A DNA stretch of 64,000 nt from Actinomycetota bacterium (lineage in GTDB: Bacteria > Actinomycetota > UBA4738 > HRBIN12), in contig JAXDJX010000018.1 in the NCBI GenBank assembly GCA_034667405.1, positions 213,065 through 277,064 on the forward strand, in the 5' to 3' direction. This document shows, piece by piece, positions 26,152 to 35,817 of this stretch; position 1 is the stretch's first letter, and the number at the start of each line of letters is the position of its first letter. The notes beneath the pieces are model-generated. The model was not told where the DNA came from. It saw nothing but the letters and a program-made list of their open reading frames with translations, and ran no database searches. The position numbers were made by a program, and so were the translations under genes.

Positions 26152-28809
26152 ATGACCACCCCGAAGGCGTTCGCCGAGCGCTTCCCATTCCCGCTGGACG
26201 GATTCCAGCTGGAATCGATCGACGCTATCGACGCCGGGCATTCCGTTTTGGTGGCCGCGCCAACCGGCAGTGGGAAAACTGTCATCGCCGAATACGCCAT
26301 CGAGCGCTCGATGGACCTCGGTGGAAAGACGTTCTACACGACGCCGCTCAAGGCACTCAGCAATCAGAAGTTCGGCGACCTGGTGGCCAAACACGGTGCG
26401 GATCGGGTTGGACTCCTGACCGGCGACAACACCATCAACTCGGAGGCGCCGGTGGTCGTCATGACCACGGAGGTCCTCCGCAACATGCTCTATGAACGCA
26501 GCGACACCCTTCACGGGCTCATGAGCGTGGTGATGGACGAGGTCCACTACCTCCAAGATCCCTATCGGGGCGCCGTCTGGGAGGAGGTGTTGATCCATCT
26601 TCCGCTGAGCGTGGGGATGGTCTGTCTCTCGGCCACCATCAGCAACGCCGAGGAATTCGGCGAATGGATCGGAACGCTCCGCGGGGAAACCCGCGTGGTC
26701 ATCGAGGAGCGTCGCCCGGTCCCGCTCGAGCACCACTACTTGGTCGGTCGTCGGCTGCATCCGATGCACATCGAACAGGACGGCGTCCTCCTGCCCAATC
26801 CCTACGTCGTCAGCCTCGACCAGGACGAGTTGAAGTCCAAGACGTACTACCGGCGCGGAAGCGGAACCGCTCAGCACCATCATTCTTCACGACCCAGGGA
26901 AGGTCATCGTCGCGTCTATGTGCCGAGACGCGAGGAGGTGGTCGAAGTCCTCGCCGAAGCCGGGATGTTGCCCGCGATCTATTTCGTCTTCAGCCGGGCT
27001 GGTTGTGACCGGAGCGTGAAGTGGCTCCGCGAGTCCGGTGTCCGGCTGACCACGAACGGAGAGGCGGAGCGGATCCGGGACATCGCCGAGGCGCGAGCGG
27101 CCTGGATGGAAGAAGACGATCTGGTCACGCTGGGGTTCTACGACTTCCTCGACGGCCTGACCGCAGGGGTCGCCGCGCATCATGCCGGGATGCTCCCCAT
27201 CTTCAAGGAGACCGTGGAGGAACTCTTCGAAGGCGGCTTGGTGAAGGTTCTCTTCGCGACCGAGACGCTGAGCCTCGGGATCAACATGCCGGCGAAGACG
27301 GTGGTGATCGAGGACCTCTGGAAGTTCCAGGGCGAGCGCCACGAGATCTTGACGCCCGGGGAATACACGCAGCTCACCGGGCGCGCAGGACGCCGAGGCA
27401 TCGACGAACTGGGCCACGCCGTCGTGGTCTACCAGCGCCAGGTCGCCTTCGAGCGGGTCGCCGGACTGGCCGCCACCCGGACGTACGACCTCAGCTCTTC
27501 GTTCCGGCCCTCCTACAACATGGCGGTGAACCTGGTTCGCAACTACACGCCGGAGCAGGCGCACCGACTCCTCAACAGTTCGTTCGGTCAGTTCCTCGCG
27601 GACAGGGGAGTAGTCGCCCTCGAACGCTCTCGGGTCAGGGACCGGGAGGCACTTGAGGGCTACAAGCAGAACATGGCATGCCATCTCGGCGACTTCGACG
27701 AGTACTGGGCCCTGGTGGAGGGCGCGCGAACGCTCCGCGAGGAGGAACGGCGAGGACAGGAGAAGGAACGTGTCGAGGCCGTGCGCGACGCCGTCCGTGG
27801 GCTACGGCCCGGTGACGTGATCCAATTGGGCCGGGTGCGCAAGCGGTCGGGGCCGGCGGTCGTCATCTCTTCGCGCGACGGGAAGCCGACCGTGCTCACG
27901 CAGGACCGCTCCTTCTTCCGTCTGGGTGCAAAGGACCTCGACGATCCACCGCAGGTGCTCGCGCGTATCCAGCTCCCTCGGAGCGGAAGCTCACGGAGCG
28001 CCCGCTTCCGCCGCGATGTGGCAGCTCAGCTGGTCACGCTGCGGCTCAAGCCGAAAGGCGAGCGCGCACCGGCGGGCGATCCCGCTGTCGAACGCAAGGC
28101 CGCCGCGATGGAGCGTAAGGCGGCAGAGCACCCCTGCGCGGCATGTCCGGAGCGCGCGAAACATGTGCGATGGGCCGAACGAGCCTCGACGCTCTCCCGC
28201 CAGCTCGATGGCATCGATCGACGGATCCGCCACCGCACGGAGACCCTCGCCCGTCAGTTCGACCGGGTCCTGGCCGTCCTGGAAGCCCTGGACTGTGTTC
28301 GGGATTGGCAACTCACCGACAAGGGGCGGCGGCTGACCCGGATCTACGGCGAGGGTGATCTCCTGGTGGGAGAGCTGCTGGATGCCCACATCCTGGACGG
28401 CCTCGAACCGCCGGAGGTCGCCGCCCTGCTCTCCACCGTGGTGTATGAAGCCCGTGAGCGGGTTCCGCTGCCGGGAGATCTTCCGACCCCCCTCACCGCC
28501 GAGCGCTACGACCAACTCCAGCGTCTGTGGCGAACCATCCGACGAACCGAGGATCAGCATCAAGTCCAGCTCTGCCGTGAGCTGGAGGCTGGATTCGCGA
28601 CACCGATCTTCCACTGGGCAGAAGGCAAGCCACTCGAGGACATCCTCGGGGAAACGGAGATGGCACCCGGGGACTTCGTTCGCAACTGTAAGCAGCTGCT
28701 GGACGTCCTGCGTCAGGTGGCGGACGTGGCGCCGCCGCAGATCGCCGACGTGGTGCTCCTCGCACGCGACGCCGTCCTTCGTGGCGTTGTCGCCTATACC
28801 GGCGTTTAG
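26152..28809 (+). CDS. helY: Ski2-like DEAD/DEAH-box ATP-dependent RNA helicase HelY
   Basis: Helicase motif I APTGSGKT, motif II DEVH, motif VI QLTGRAGRRG, and a long C-terminal DSHCT-like region. It follows tatC as helY (Rv2092c) does in Mtb. Confidence 0.9.
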   Translation: MTTPKAFAERFPFPLDGFQLESIDAIDAGHSVLVAAPTGSGKTVIAEYAIERSMDLGGKTFYTTPLKALSNQKFGDLVAKHGADRVGLLTGDNTINSEAPVVVMTTEVLRNMLYERSDTLHGLMSVVMDEVHYLQDPYRGAVWEEVLIHLPLSVGMVCLSATISNAEEFGEWIGTLRGETRVVIEERRPVPLEHHYLVGRRLHPMHIEQDGVLLPNPYVVSLDQDELKSKTYYRRGSGTAQHHHSSRPREGHRRVYVPRREEVVEVLAEAGMLPAIYFVFSRAGCDRSVKWLRESGVRLTTNGEAERIRDIAEARAAWMEEDDLVTLGFYDFLDGLTAGVAAHHAGMLPIFKETVEELFEGGLVKVLFATETLSLGINMPAKTVVIEDLWKFQGERHEILTPGEYTQLTGRAGRRGIDELGHAVVVYQRQVAFERVAGLAATRTYDLSSSFRPSYNMAVNLVRNYTPEQAHRLLNSSFGQFLADRGVVALERSRVRDREALEGYKQNMACHLGDFDEYWALVEGARTLREEERRGQEKERVEAVRDAVRGLRPGDVIQLGRVRKRSGPAVVISSRDGKPTVLTQDRSFFRLGAKDLDDPPQVLARIQLPRSGSSRSARFRRDVAAQLVTLRLKPKGERAPAGDPAVERKAAAMERKAAEHPCAACPERAKHVRWAERASTLSRQLDGIDRRIRHRTETLARQFDRVLAVLEALDCVRDWQLTDKGRRLTRIYGEGDLLVGELLDAHILDGLEPPEVAALLSTVVYEARERVPLPGDLPTPLTAERYDQLQRLWRTIRRTEDQHQVQLCRELEAGFATPIFHWAEGKPLEDILGETEMAPGDFVRNCKQLLDVLRQVADVAPPQIADVVLLARDAVLRGVVAYTGV

Positions 28810-28821
28810 GATGCGGGGCCG

Positions 28822-29751
28822 ATGACGAGTCCTTTCGGCACCCTCCATGTGCTGGCCGACGCGCTCGCGGGCGACGGAGCGGTGCGAGCCAAGCTTCCCG
28901 ACCTGGAGCGTGCGCTCGCTGCCAGAGACCTGGACTATCGACTCACGGTGTCCACCACCCCCGCGCAACTCCGCGAGGGCGCCGCGCGCGCCCTGGGGGA
29001 GGGCGCCCGCTACGTGGTGGCCGTCGGCAGTGACGCGAGCGTGCACCACGTCATCAACGGCATGTTCGCGGATGGAGAACCGCTGATCGAGGATCCGGTG
29101 ATCGGGGTCCTTGGAGCCGGAGCCAGATGCGACATCATGCGGACCATGGGCATCCCCGATGACTTCGAGATGGCAGTGGACCGCTTGGCGGGAGACAGCA
29201 CCTATCCGTTCGACGTCATGAAGATCACCTATACCGACGAGGTCGGAGGCCGCGGCACACTGTATGGACATAACCTCGTGGAAGCGGGGCTCGGGGGCAG
29301 GGCCGCCAAGGCGGCCGCGCGCTTTCCTCGATGGCTGGGCAACGCCGGCCAGTTCCTGGGGTTCTGGAGCGCGTGGCTGCGCTCACGCCCGTCCCTGGTG
29401 AAGGTGGATGCCGATAGGAAAGCGTTCGAAGGCAGGGCCTTCAATGTGGTCGTGGCCAACGCCCAGTACACGGGAGGCGGGGTCCGGCTCTCGCCCCGAT
29501 CGTTCCCCGGAGACGGCGTCCTGGACGCCCTGATCTTCAAAGGCCCTCGTTCCGACGCGTACACGATGCTCCCGCGCATCTACCAACACGGCGGTCACAT
29601 CCCCGACCCGAACATCCAGGAGTTCCGCGCGAAGATCCGTGTCGCCGTGGATGCGCCGACCCCCTGGCCGGTAGTCGTCGACCAGATCGTGATCGGGACC
29701 ACACCCGTGACGATCCAGATCGTGCCCCAACGGATCCTGATGAAGCTATGA
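28822..29751 (+). CDS. DAGK_cat-family lipid kinase homologue (degenerate Gly-rich motif)
   Basis: Overall DAGK_cat/YegS architecture, but the nucleotide-motif position reads VAVGSDASVH rather than GGDG[ST]. Confidence 0.55.
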   Translation: MTSPFGTLHVLADALAGDGAVRAKLPDLERALAARDLDYRLTVSTTPAQLREGAARALGEGARYVVAVGSDASVHHVINGMFADGEPLIEDPVIGVLGAGARCDIMRTMGIPDDFEMAVDRLAGDSTYPFDVMKITYTDEVGGRGTLYGHNLVEAGLGGRAAKAAARFPRWLGNAGQFLGFWSAWLRSRPSLVKVDADRKAFEGRAFNVVVANAQYTGGGVRLSPRSFPGDGVLDALIFKGPRSDAYTMLPRIYQHGGHIPDPNIQEFRAKIRVAVDAPTPWPVVVDQIVIGTTPVTIQIVPQRILMKL

Positions 29752-30839
29752 CCACGAAGCCGGGGCGGCTGCGGAAGGTTGCCGAGGTCGCCGGGTCGAT
29801 GGGCCTCGACGCGATCGTCGTGGCGCCTTCGCCCGACCTCGTCTATCTCACCGGCTATGACCCTATGCCCCTGGAGCGGCCATCCCTGCTCGTCATCCGC
29901 CCGGGCACGGATGCGGTCCTCCTTGTTCCCGAGTTGGAGCGGCGGCTCGCCTCCGACTCCATCGGTGATGCGATCGAACTCCAGGGTTGGACGGACGCGC
30001 ACGATCCCTACGCCGTTGCCGCCCGGCTACTCCCGTCCCAGGGGAGTATCGGATTGAGCGATCGCATCTGGGGGGTTCACGTTCTCGCATTGCAAGCAGC
30101 TGTTCCGCACGCGCGCTTCACGTCGGCCGCACCGGTCCTGGGGGGACTACGAGCACGCAAGGACGCAGACGAACTCGCCGCCCTTCGCCGGGCGGCTCGC
30201 GGCGCCGACGAGGCCTTCCGGGAGATCTGCACACGCCGGTTCCTGGGCCGCCGCGAAGAGGAGGTGGCCGCGGACCTCGCCGACCTTCTGGTTCGGAACG
30301 GGCACAACCGGGCGGACTTCACCATCGTCGGCAGCGGTCCGAATTCGGCGTCACCTCACCACGAACCGTCCGGCCGAACGATCCTGCCCCGCGACGTCGT
30401 GGTGATGGACTTCGGTGGCGAACTCGGCGGCTACTTCTCCGACACGACCCGCACGGTCGTGGTCGGGGAACCACCGAAGGAGTTCGAGCATGTGTACCGG
30501 ATCGTGCAGGAGGCGCAGGAAGCGGCCGTCCTCGCGGCAGAACCCGGTGTCGCCGCACAGGACATAGACCGAGCCGCCCGTTCGATCATCGACGTTGCCG
30601 GCTACGGCGAGCGCTTCTTCCATCGAACCGGTCACGGGATCGGGCTGGAGGTCCACGAGCCTCCCTACATCATCGAAGGCAACGGGACGGTGCTGGCCCC
30701 GGGGATGACGTTCTCCGTGGAGCCGGGCATCTACCTCGAAGGTCGGTTCGGGGTTCGGATCGAAGACATCGTTGTCATCACCGCGGACGGAGCGGAACGG
30801 CTGAACCGATCGACGCGCGAGTTCCGAGTGGTGGACTGA
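29748..30839 (+). CDS. M24-family Xaa-Pro dipeptidase / aminopeptidase (PepE/PepQ-like)
   Basis: Creatinase-type N domain followed by the HRTGHGIGLEVHEPP metal-ligand motif. Its position relative to helY parallels Mtb pepE. Confidence 0.85.
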   Translation: MTTKPGRLRKVAEVAGSMGLDAIVVAPSPDLVYLTGYDPMPLERPSLLVIRPGTDAVLLVPELERRLASDSIGDAIELQGWTDAHDPYAVAARLLPSQGSIGLSDRIWGVHVLALQAAVPHARFTSAAPVLGGLRARKDADELAALRRAARGADEAFREICTRRFLGRREEEVAADLADLLVRNGHNRADFTIVGSGPNSASPHHEPSGRTILPRDVVVMDFGGELGGYFSDTTRTVVVGEPPKEFEHVYRIVQEAQEAAVLAAEPGVAAQDIDRAARSIIDVAGYGERFFHRTGHGIGLEVHEPPYIIEGNGTVLAPGMTFSVEPGIYLEGRFGVRIEDIVVITADGAERLNRSTREFRVVD

Positions 30840-30854
30840 CCAGCAGGACGGGAG

Positions 30855-32246
<1,392 letters not shown>

Positions 32247-32301
32247 GAGCTGACCAGGATACCCCTGCCATCGCGAACGACCCGACGGGTCATCCGCCGT
32301 G

Positions 32302-32748
32302 CTACCTGGTCGAGAGCGGCCTTCCTTCGAACGGCGTGGAGAGCACGACCGTGGTTTCCGTGGCGACCCCGCCCTTCTCCCGCAGTCGGCGGATCAGGTC
32401 CTCAAGGTCTGTGGTGGTTCGTGTCCGCACCTTGAGGACGTAGTTCGCCTTACCGGCCACGCTGTAGCAATCCTCTACCTCGGGGAATTCCGCCACTCGG
32501 TCGGGGAGATCGTCGGGCTGCTGCGGATCGAGCGGGATGGCCTCGATGAGTGCGGTGACGTAGAGCCCGATCGACGCGGCCTCGACCACCGCACGGTAGC
32601 CCCGGATCACACCCGACGCTTCGAGCTTGCGAACCCGGTCGTGCACGGCGCTCGCGCTCATCCCGACCCGCGACGCTACATCGGCGTAGGTCGCCCGGGC
32701 ATCTTCTTGGAGCGCCCTCACGATCTCGAGGTCCTTGCCGTCCAACAC
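32302..32748 (-). CDS. Lrp/AsnC-family transcriptional regulator
   Basis: HTH (IVRALQEDARATYADVASRVGMSASAVHDRVRKLE) followed by an RAM/AsnC_C domain. GTG at 32748 is chosen as start; the ORF is open to 32970 and the start is uncertain. Confidence 0.7.
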   Translation of the reverse strand: MLDGKDLEIVRALQEDARATYADVASRVGMSASAVHDRVRKLEASGVIRGYRAVVEAASIGLYVTALIEAIPLDPQQPDDLPDRVAEFPEVEDCYSVAGKANYVLKVRTRTTTDLEDLIRRLREKGGVATETTVVLSTPFEGRPLSTR

Positions 32749-32842
32749 ACGCTCATCATACGGGGCGGGGGATAGCGGAACCCCCGTCCGGCCGATTGCG
32801 ATCGCATCTCGCGCCGATGTAGAACAGCTGTTCACAAGGTCC

Positions 32843-32882
32843 GTCCCTCCTTCCGGTCCGGTTGTCATCCGTCGGGAGGGAC
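32843..32882 (+). promoter_or_regulatory. RBS-sequestering hairpin in the 5' leader of the RT-like gene
   Basis: GTCCCTCC (32843-32850) is the exact reverse complement of GGAGGGAC (32875-32882), which contains the GGGAGGG Shine-Dalgarno 3 nt before ATG 32884. The loop is 24 nt. Confidence 0.4.
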
Positions 32883-32883
32883 C

Positions 32884-33606
32884 ATGACTGGGGAACACCA
32901 TCCGCCGCTGGGGCGGTCCATCCGAACCGTCTCTCAGCCCAAGCCCGGCGGGGGTGAACGCCGCCTGCACGTCCTCGGACCGAGGGAAGCCGCAGCCTAC
33001 GCGCAGGCAGTGAGCCGCGTTGCTCCGGCGATCGAGCGTCGGCTCGGTCCCGAAGTGTTCGCGAACCGAGGCCCGGGTGCGAGGTCCCTCGAACCGTGGC
33101 GAAGGGCGCGATCTCGATGGAGACGGGCGGCAGCCGATCTCCTGCGATCCGGACCGGTCGCCACGATGGACGTGGTTCGGTGCTACGACCTGATCGCGCC
33201 GGAGATGGTGGGCGCGGCGCTGGAGGCGTCAGGCGCTTCCCACGCCGACGGTGAAGAGATCGTGCGCCTCCTACGTCTCTTCAGGGACGCGGGTGTCGAA
33301 GGGATCCCGGTCGGCCCGGACCCCTCGGCCGTCCTCGCGAACGCCGTACTTGCGGCCGTCGACGAAACCCTCCGCCGGCGAAGGTTCCGATTCGTGCGAT
33401 GGGTCGATGACCTGGTGATCTCGGCGCAGGGTTCCCGGGATCTCGGTGCCGGCGAACTGGCCGTGGAAAGCGCCCTGGCACGGATCGGGCTGACCTCGAA
33501 CGCGGCGAAGCACCATCGCTTCCAAGACCCGGAGATGGCCTGCGCATTCGTCCTCCGCGGTGGCGGGGGAGCGGCCTCAGGCCTTGAGATACTCGGCGGG
33601 CCGTGA
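32884..33606 (+). CDS. Minimal reverse-transcriptase-domain protein (fingers/palm only, 240 aa)
   Basis: Ordered RT motifs: motif 1 SQPKPGGGERRLHVLGP (aa 18-33); motif 2 FANRGPGARS...MDVVRCYDLIAPEMV (aa 59-108); motif 3/4 GIPVGPDPSAVLANAVLAAVDE (aa 139-161); motif 5 FVRWVDDLVIS (aa 170-180, catalytic DD); motif 6 ARIGLTSNAAKHHRF (aa 199-213). No in-frame alternative start exists upstream because of a stop at 32773. The stop overlaps the next gene's GTG (GTGA). Confidence 0.65.
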   Translation: MTGEHHPPLGRSIRTVSQPKPGGGERRLHVLGPREAAAYAQAVSRVAPAIERRLGPEVFANRGPGARSLEPWRRARSRWRRAAADLLRSGPVATMDVVRCYDLIAPEMVGAALEASGASHADGEEIVRLLRLFRDAGVEGIPVGPDPSAVLANAVLAAVDETLRRRRFRFVRWVDDLVISAQGSRDLGAGELAVESALARIGLTSNAAKHHRFQDPEMACAFVLRGGGGAASGLEILGGP

Positions 33607-35117
33607 GGACCCTTTACCGCGCAGCGCGCATCCATACGCTGAGCCATCCACCGACGGGGGAGTGGCTCATGGTCGATGGCCGTCATGTGACGCGAGTCGG
33701 TTCCGGCGAACCCCCGGCCGCGGACCGCACCGTCGATCTCCCCGGTGCCACGATCATCCCGGGGTTCATCGATAGCCACGTCCACCTAACGGCGACCGGG
33801 ATGGCCCTGGACAGCGAGGCCGTCACCCGGGTCCGATCGGCGGCCGACCTCCTCGCGCTCACCCGCACCCTCGCCGCCGACACCCGCGGGGACGCCTTGG
33901 TGCTCCAGGGGTACGACGAATCGCGCTGGAACGATCCGCGCGTGCCGACACTGGAAGAGCTCGATGCGGTGCTGGACATCCCGCTCGTGATCCGCCGTGC
34001 GGACGGGCACGTCGCGTTGGCCAATACCGCCGCGATCGAGCGATCTGGGATCGCGGACGCGCCGGGTTGTGAACGAACGACCGGTGGCGGATTCACCGGC
34101 CGCATCACGCAGGCGGCCGATCAACGGCTGTGGGCATGGGCGACGTCGTCCATGACCGACCACACGGTCCAGGACCACCAACTCCGAGCGGCTGCCCTCG
34201 CCGCCTCCCGGGGAGTCACGACCGTCCACGAGATGGCCATGCCGCATTGGTACGGCCCGCGAGATGTCGAGGTATTCCTCGGTCACCGCGGGCAACTTCC
34301 CGTGGACACCGTGCTCATCGTGGCGAGCACCGACGTAGCCCACTCGATCGAACTCGGGCTCGGTGCCATCGGGGGAGATCTTCCGACCGACGGCTCGATC
34401 GGCGCCCGCACCGCCGCCCTGAGCCTTCCGTACGCCGACGGCTCGGGGGAGGGGACGACCTACGTCCCCGATGAGACCCTGGAGACGTTCTTCGCCGATG
34501 GACATACCGCGGGCCTGCAGGTGGGGGTGCACGCTATCGGCGATCGAGCGATCGAGCAGGTCCTGGGCACCTGGGAGAGGGTCTACCGAGGACTCGACTC
34601 CCGGGAGCGACGCCACTTCCGCGCACGACGGCACCGCATCGAGCATTTCGAGATGCCGTCGCACGCACAGATCGAGCGGGCCGCCATGCTTGGCCTCGCC
34701 ATCAGCGCGCAGCCCACGTTCGACAGCGTGTGGGGCGGCCCGGGAGGCCTGTACGAGACCGGCCTCGGTCGAGCGCGGGCGGCAACGATGAACCCGTTCA
34801 AGACGTTCCTGGAACGGGGACTGGAACTCGGGGTGGGGTCGGATTCGCCGATCACTCCGCTCGATCCCATGCTCACCATCTCCGCGCTCGAGCGCCACCA
34901 CGATCCGGCCGAGCGACTCACCCGGTCACAAGCCATCGGGATCCATACGATCGGCAGCGCACGCCTGGCCCATCAGGAAGAGAAGAAAGGCGCGCTCGGT
35001 CGGGGCATGCACGCCGATCTCGCCGCCTATCCGCAGGATCCGTTCCTCGCCGACGAGGTCGAAGCGATGCGGCCGGTGCTCGTGGTCTCGTTGGGTCGGG
35101 AGGTCTTCGCCGGATAG
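33603..35117 (+). CDS. Amidohydrolase family protein (Amidohydro_3 / YtcJ-like), translationally coupled to the RT-like gene
   Basis: RIHTLSHPPTGEWLMVDGRHVTRVGSG...IIPGFIDSHVHL N-terminus, plus HxH, HEMAMPHWY, VGVHAIGD and VGSDSP metal-site contexts. It is a paralogue of the 4317 gene. Confidence 0.8.
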   Translation: MRTLYRAARIHTLSHPPTGEWLMVDGRHVTRVGSGEPPAADRTVDLPGATIIPGFIDSHVHLTATGMALDSEAVTRVRSAADLLALTRTLAADTRGDALVLQGYDESRWNDPRVPTLEELDAVLDIPLVIRRADGHVALANTAAIERSGIADAPGCERTTGGGFTGRITQAADQRLWAWATSSMTDHTVQDHQLRAAALAASRGVTTVHEMAMPHWYGPRDVEVFLGHRGQLPVDTVLIVASTDVAHSIELGLGAIGGDLPTDGSIGARTAALSLPYADGSGEGTTYVPDETLETFFADGHTAGLQVGVHAIGDRAIEQVLGTWERVYRGLDSRERRHFRARRHRIEHFEMPSHAQIERAAMLGLAISAQPTFDSVWGGPGGLYETGLGRARAATMNPFKTFLERGLELGVGSDSPITPLDPMLTISALERHHDPAERLTRSQAIGIHTIGSARLAHQEEKKGALGRGMHADLAAYPQDPFLADEVEAMRPVLVVSLGREVFAG

Positions 35118-35171
35118 GAGTTGTCACTGTTTTCCGGGGCTCGGGGTTGACCCTCCCGGCGGAGCGGTCGT

Positions 35172-35202
35172 AGCCTTCGGCTCGCGTCCTCGCTTCGGCG
35201 AG
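35172..35202 (+). terminator. Two adjacent UUCG-tetraloop hairpins downstream of the amidohydrolase (candidate intrinsic terminator or stability element)
   Basis: AGCC-TTCG-GGCT (35172-35182) and CTCGC-TTCG-GCGAG (35189-35202). There is no U-tract, which is common in high-GC actinobacteria. Confidence 0.3.
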
Positions 35203-35368
35203 AACGCACGGGACCCGAACGGCTGAGTAGAGAACGCGGCACCCCGGTGTCGCGGCCCCAAAGGTCGTTCGGGTCCTCTCTCTGGCCGCCGTGCGAGTCA
35301 TCCTCGGGCCCTCCTTCCACCCGCCTTCGCGGAATGTCTGGGTGTTCATCGGTGTTGACCTGCCCTGG

Positions 35369-35396
35369 TTGCATCTGCAGGCCGTGGCAGTACAAT
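35369..35396 (+). promoter_or_regulatory. SigA-type promoter for the DUF4193 gene
   Basis: TTGCAT, a 16-nt spacer, then TACAAT, about 50 nt upstream of ATG 35449. Confidence 0.5.
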
Positions 35397-35448
35397 CCGC
35401 GCGACCCGGAGCCTGTAGCGGGTCCGAAGTTCGACACCGAAGGACGAT

Positions 35449-35817
35449 ATGACCGATACAGAAGATGTCGTAGAGGACGAAGAAGTCGTCGACGACGAGG
35501 AAGAGATCGAAGATCTGGAGCCTACGGCCGACGATCTGGTCGAGGCCACGACGCCTCCCGATCCCGCCGCCGCCGAAGTCGAATCCATCCAGGACCTCCT
35601 GGTCAAACAGGAGGCTCGTTCCGAGCAGGCTGAAGCCCCCGACGAGGAGGATGAAACCCTCACGCCCTCCTCGGCGAAGGGTGAACGATTGGAGCCGGTC
35701 GACACGAAGGTCGTCCCTATCCAGTCCACCGAGTTCGTATGCAAGAGGTGCTACCTGGTGAAGCACCGGAGCCAGCTGGCGGACAAGAAGAAGATGCTCT
35801 GCCGCGATTGCGCCTGA
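35449..35817 (+). CDS. DUF4193-family protein (acidic N-terminus, C-terminal CxxC...CxxC ribbon)
   Basis: Highly acidic N-terminal half and a C-terminal FVCKRCYLVKHRSQLADKKKMLCRDCA that matches the actinobacterial DUF4193 pattern. Confidence 0.7.
   Translation: MTDTEDVVEDEEVVDDEEEIEDLEPTADDLVEATTPPDPAAAEVESIQDLLVKQEARSEQAEAPDEEDETLTPSSAKGERLEPVDTKVVPIQSTEFVCKRCYLVKHRSQLADKKKMLCRDCA

Noticed and set aside
32884-33606. RT-like ORF interpreted as a group II intron, retron or DGR component
   Set aside because: Only 135 nt of upstream non-coding DNA exist, shared with a divergent regulator. No maturase/X or endonuclease domain is present. No domain V-like hairpin follows, because the amidohydrolase starts at the RT stop. 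No long a1/a2 inverted repeats or TR/VR repeat pair were evident by eye. So I report it as an orphan minimal RT. A computational repeat search is still needed to fully exclude a DGR.
35369-35396. Alternative -35 TTGACC at 35355 for the same promoter
   Set aside because: Its spacing to the TACAAT -10 is 30 nt, too long for a sigma-70-type promoter. TTGCAT with a 16-nt spacer fits.
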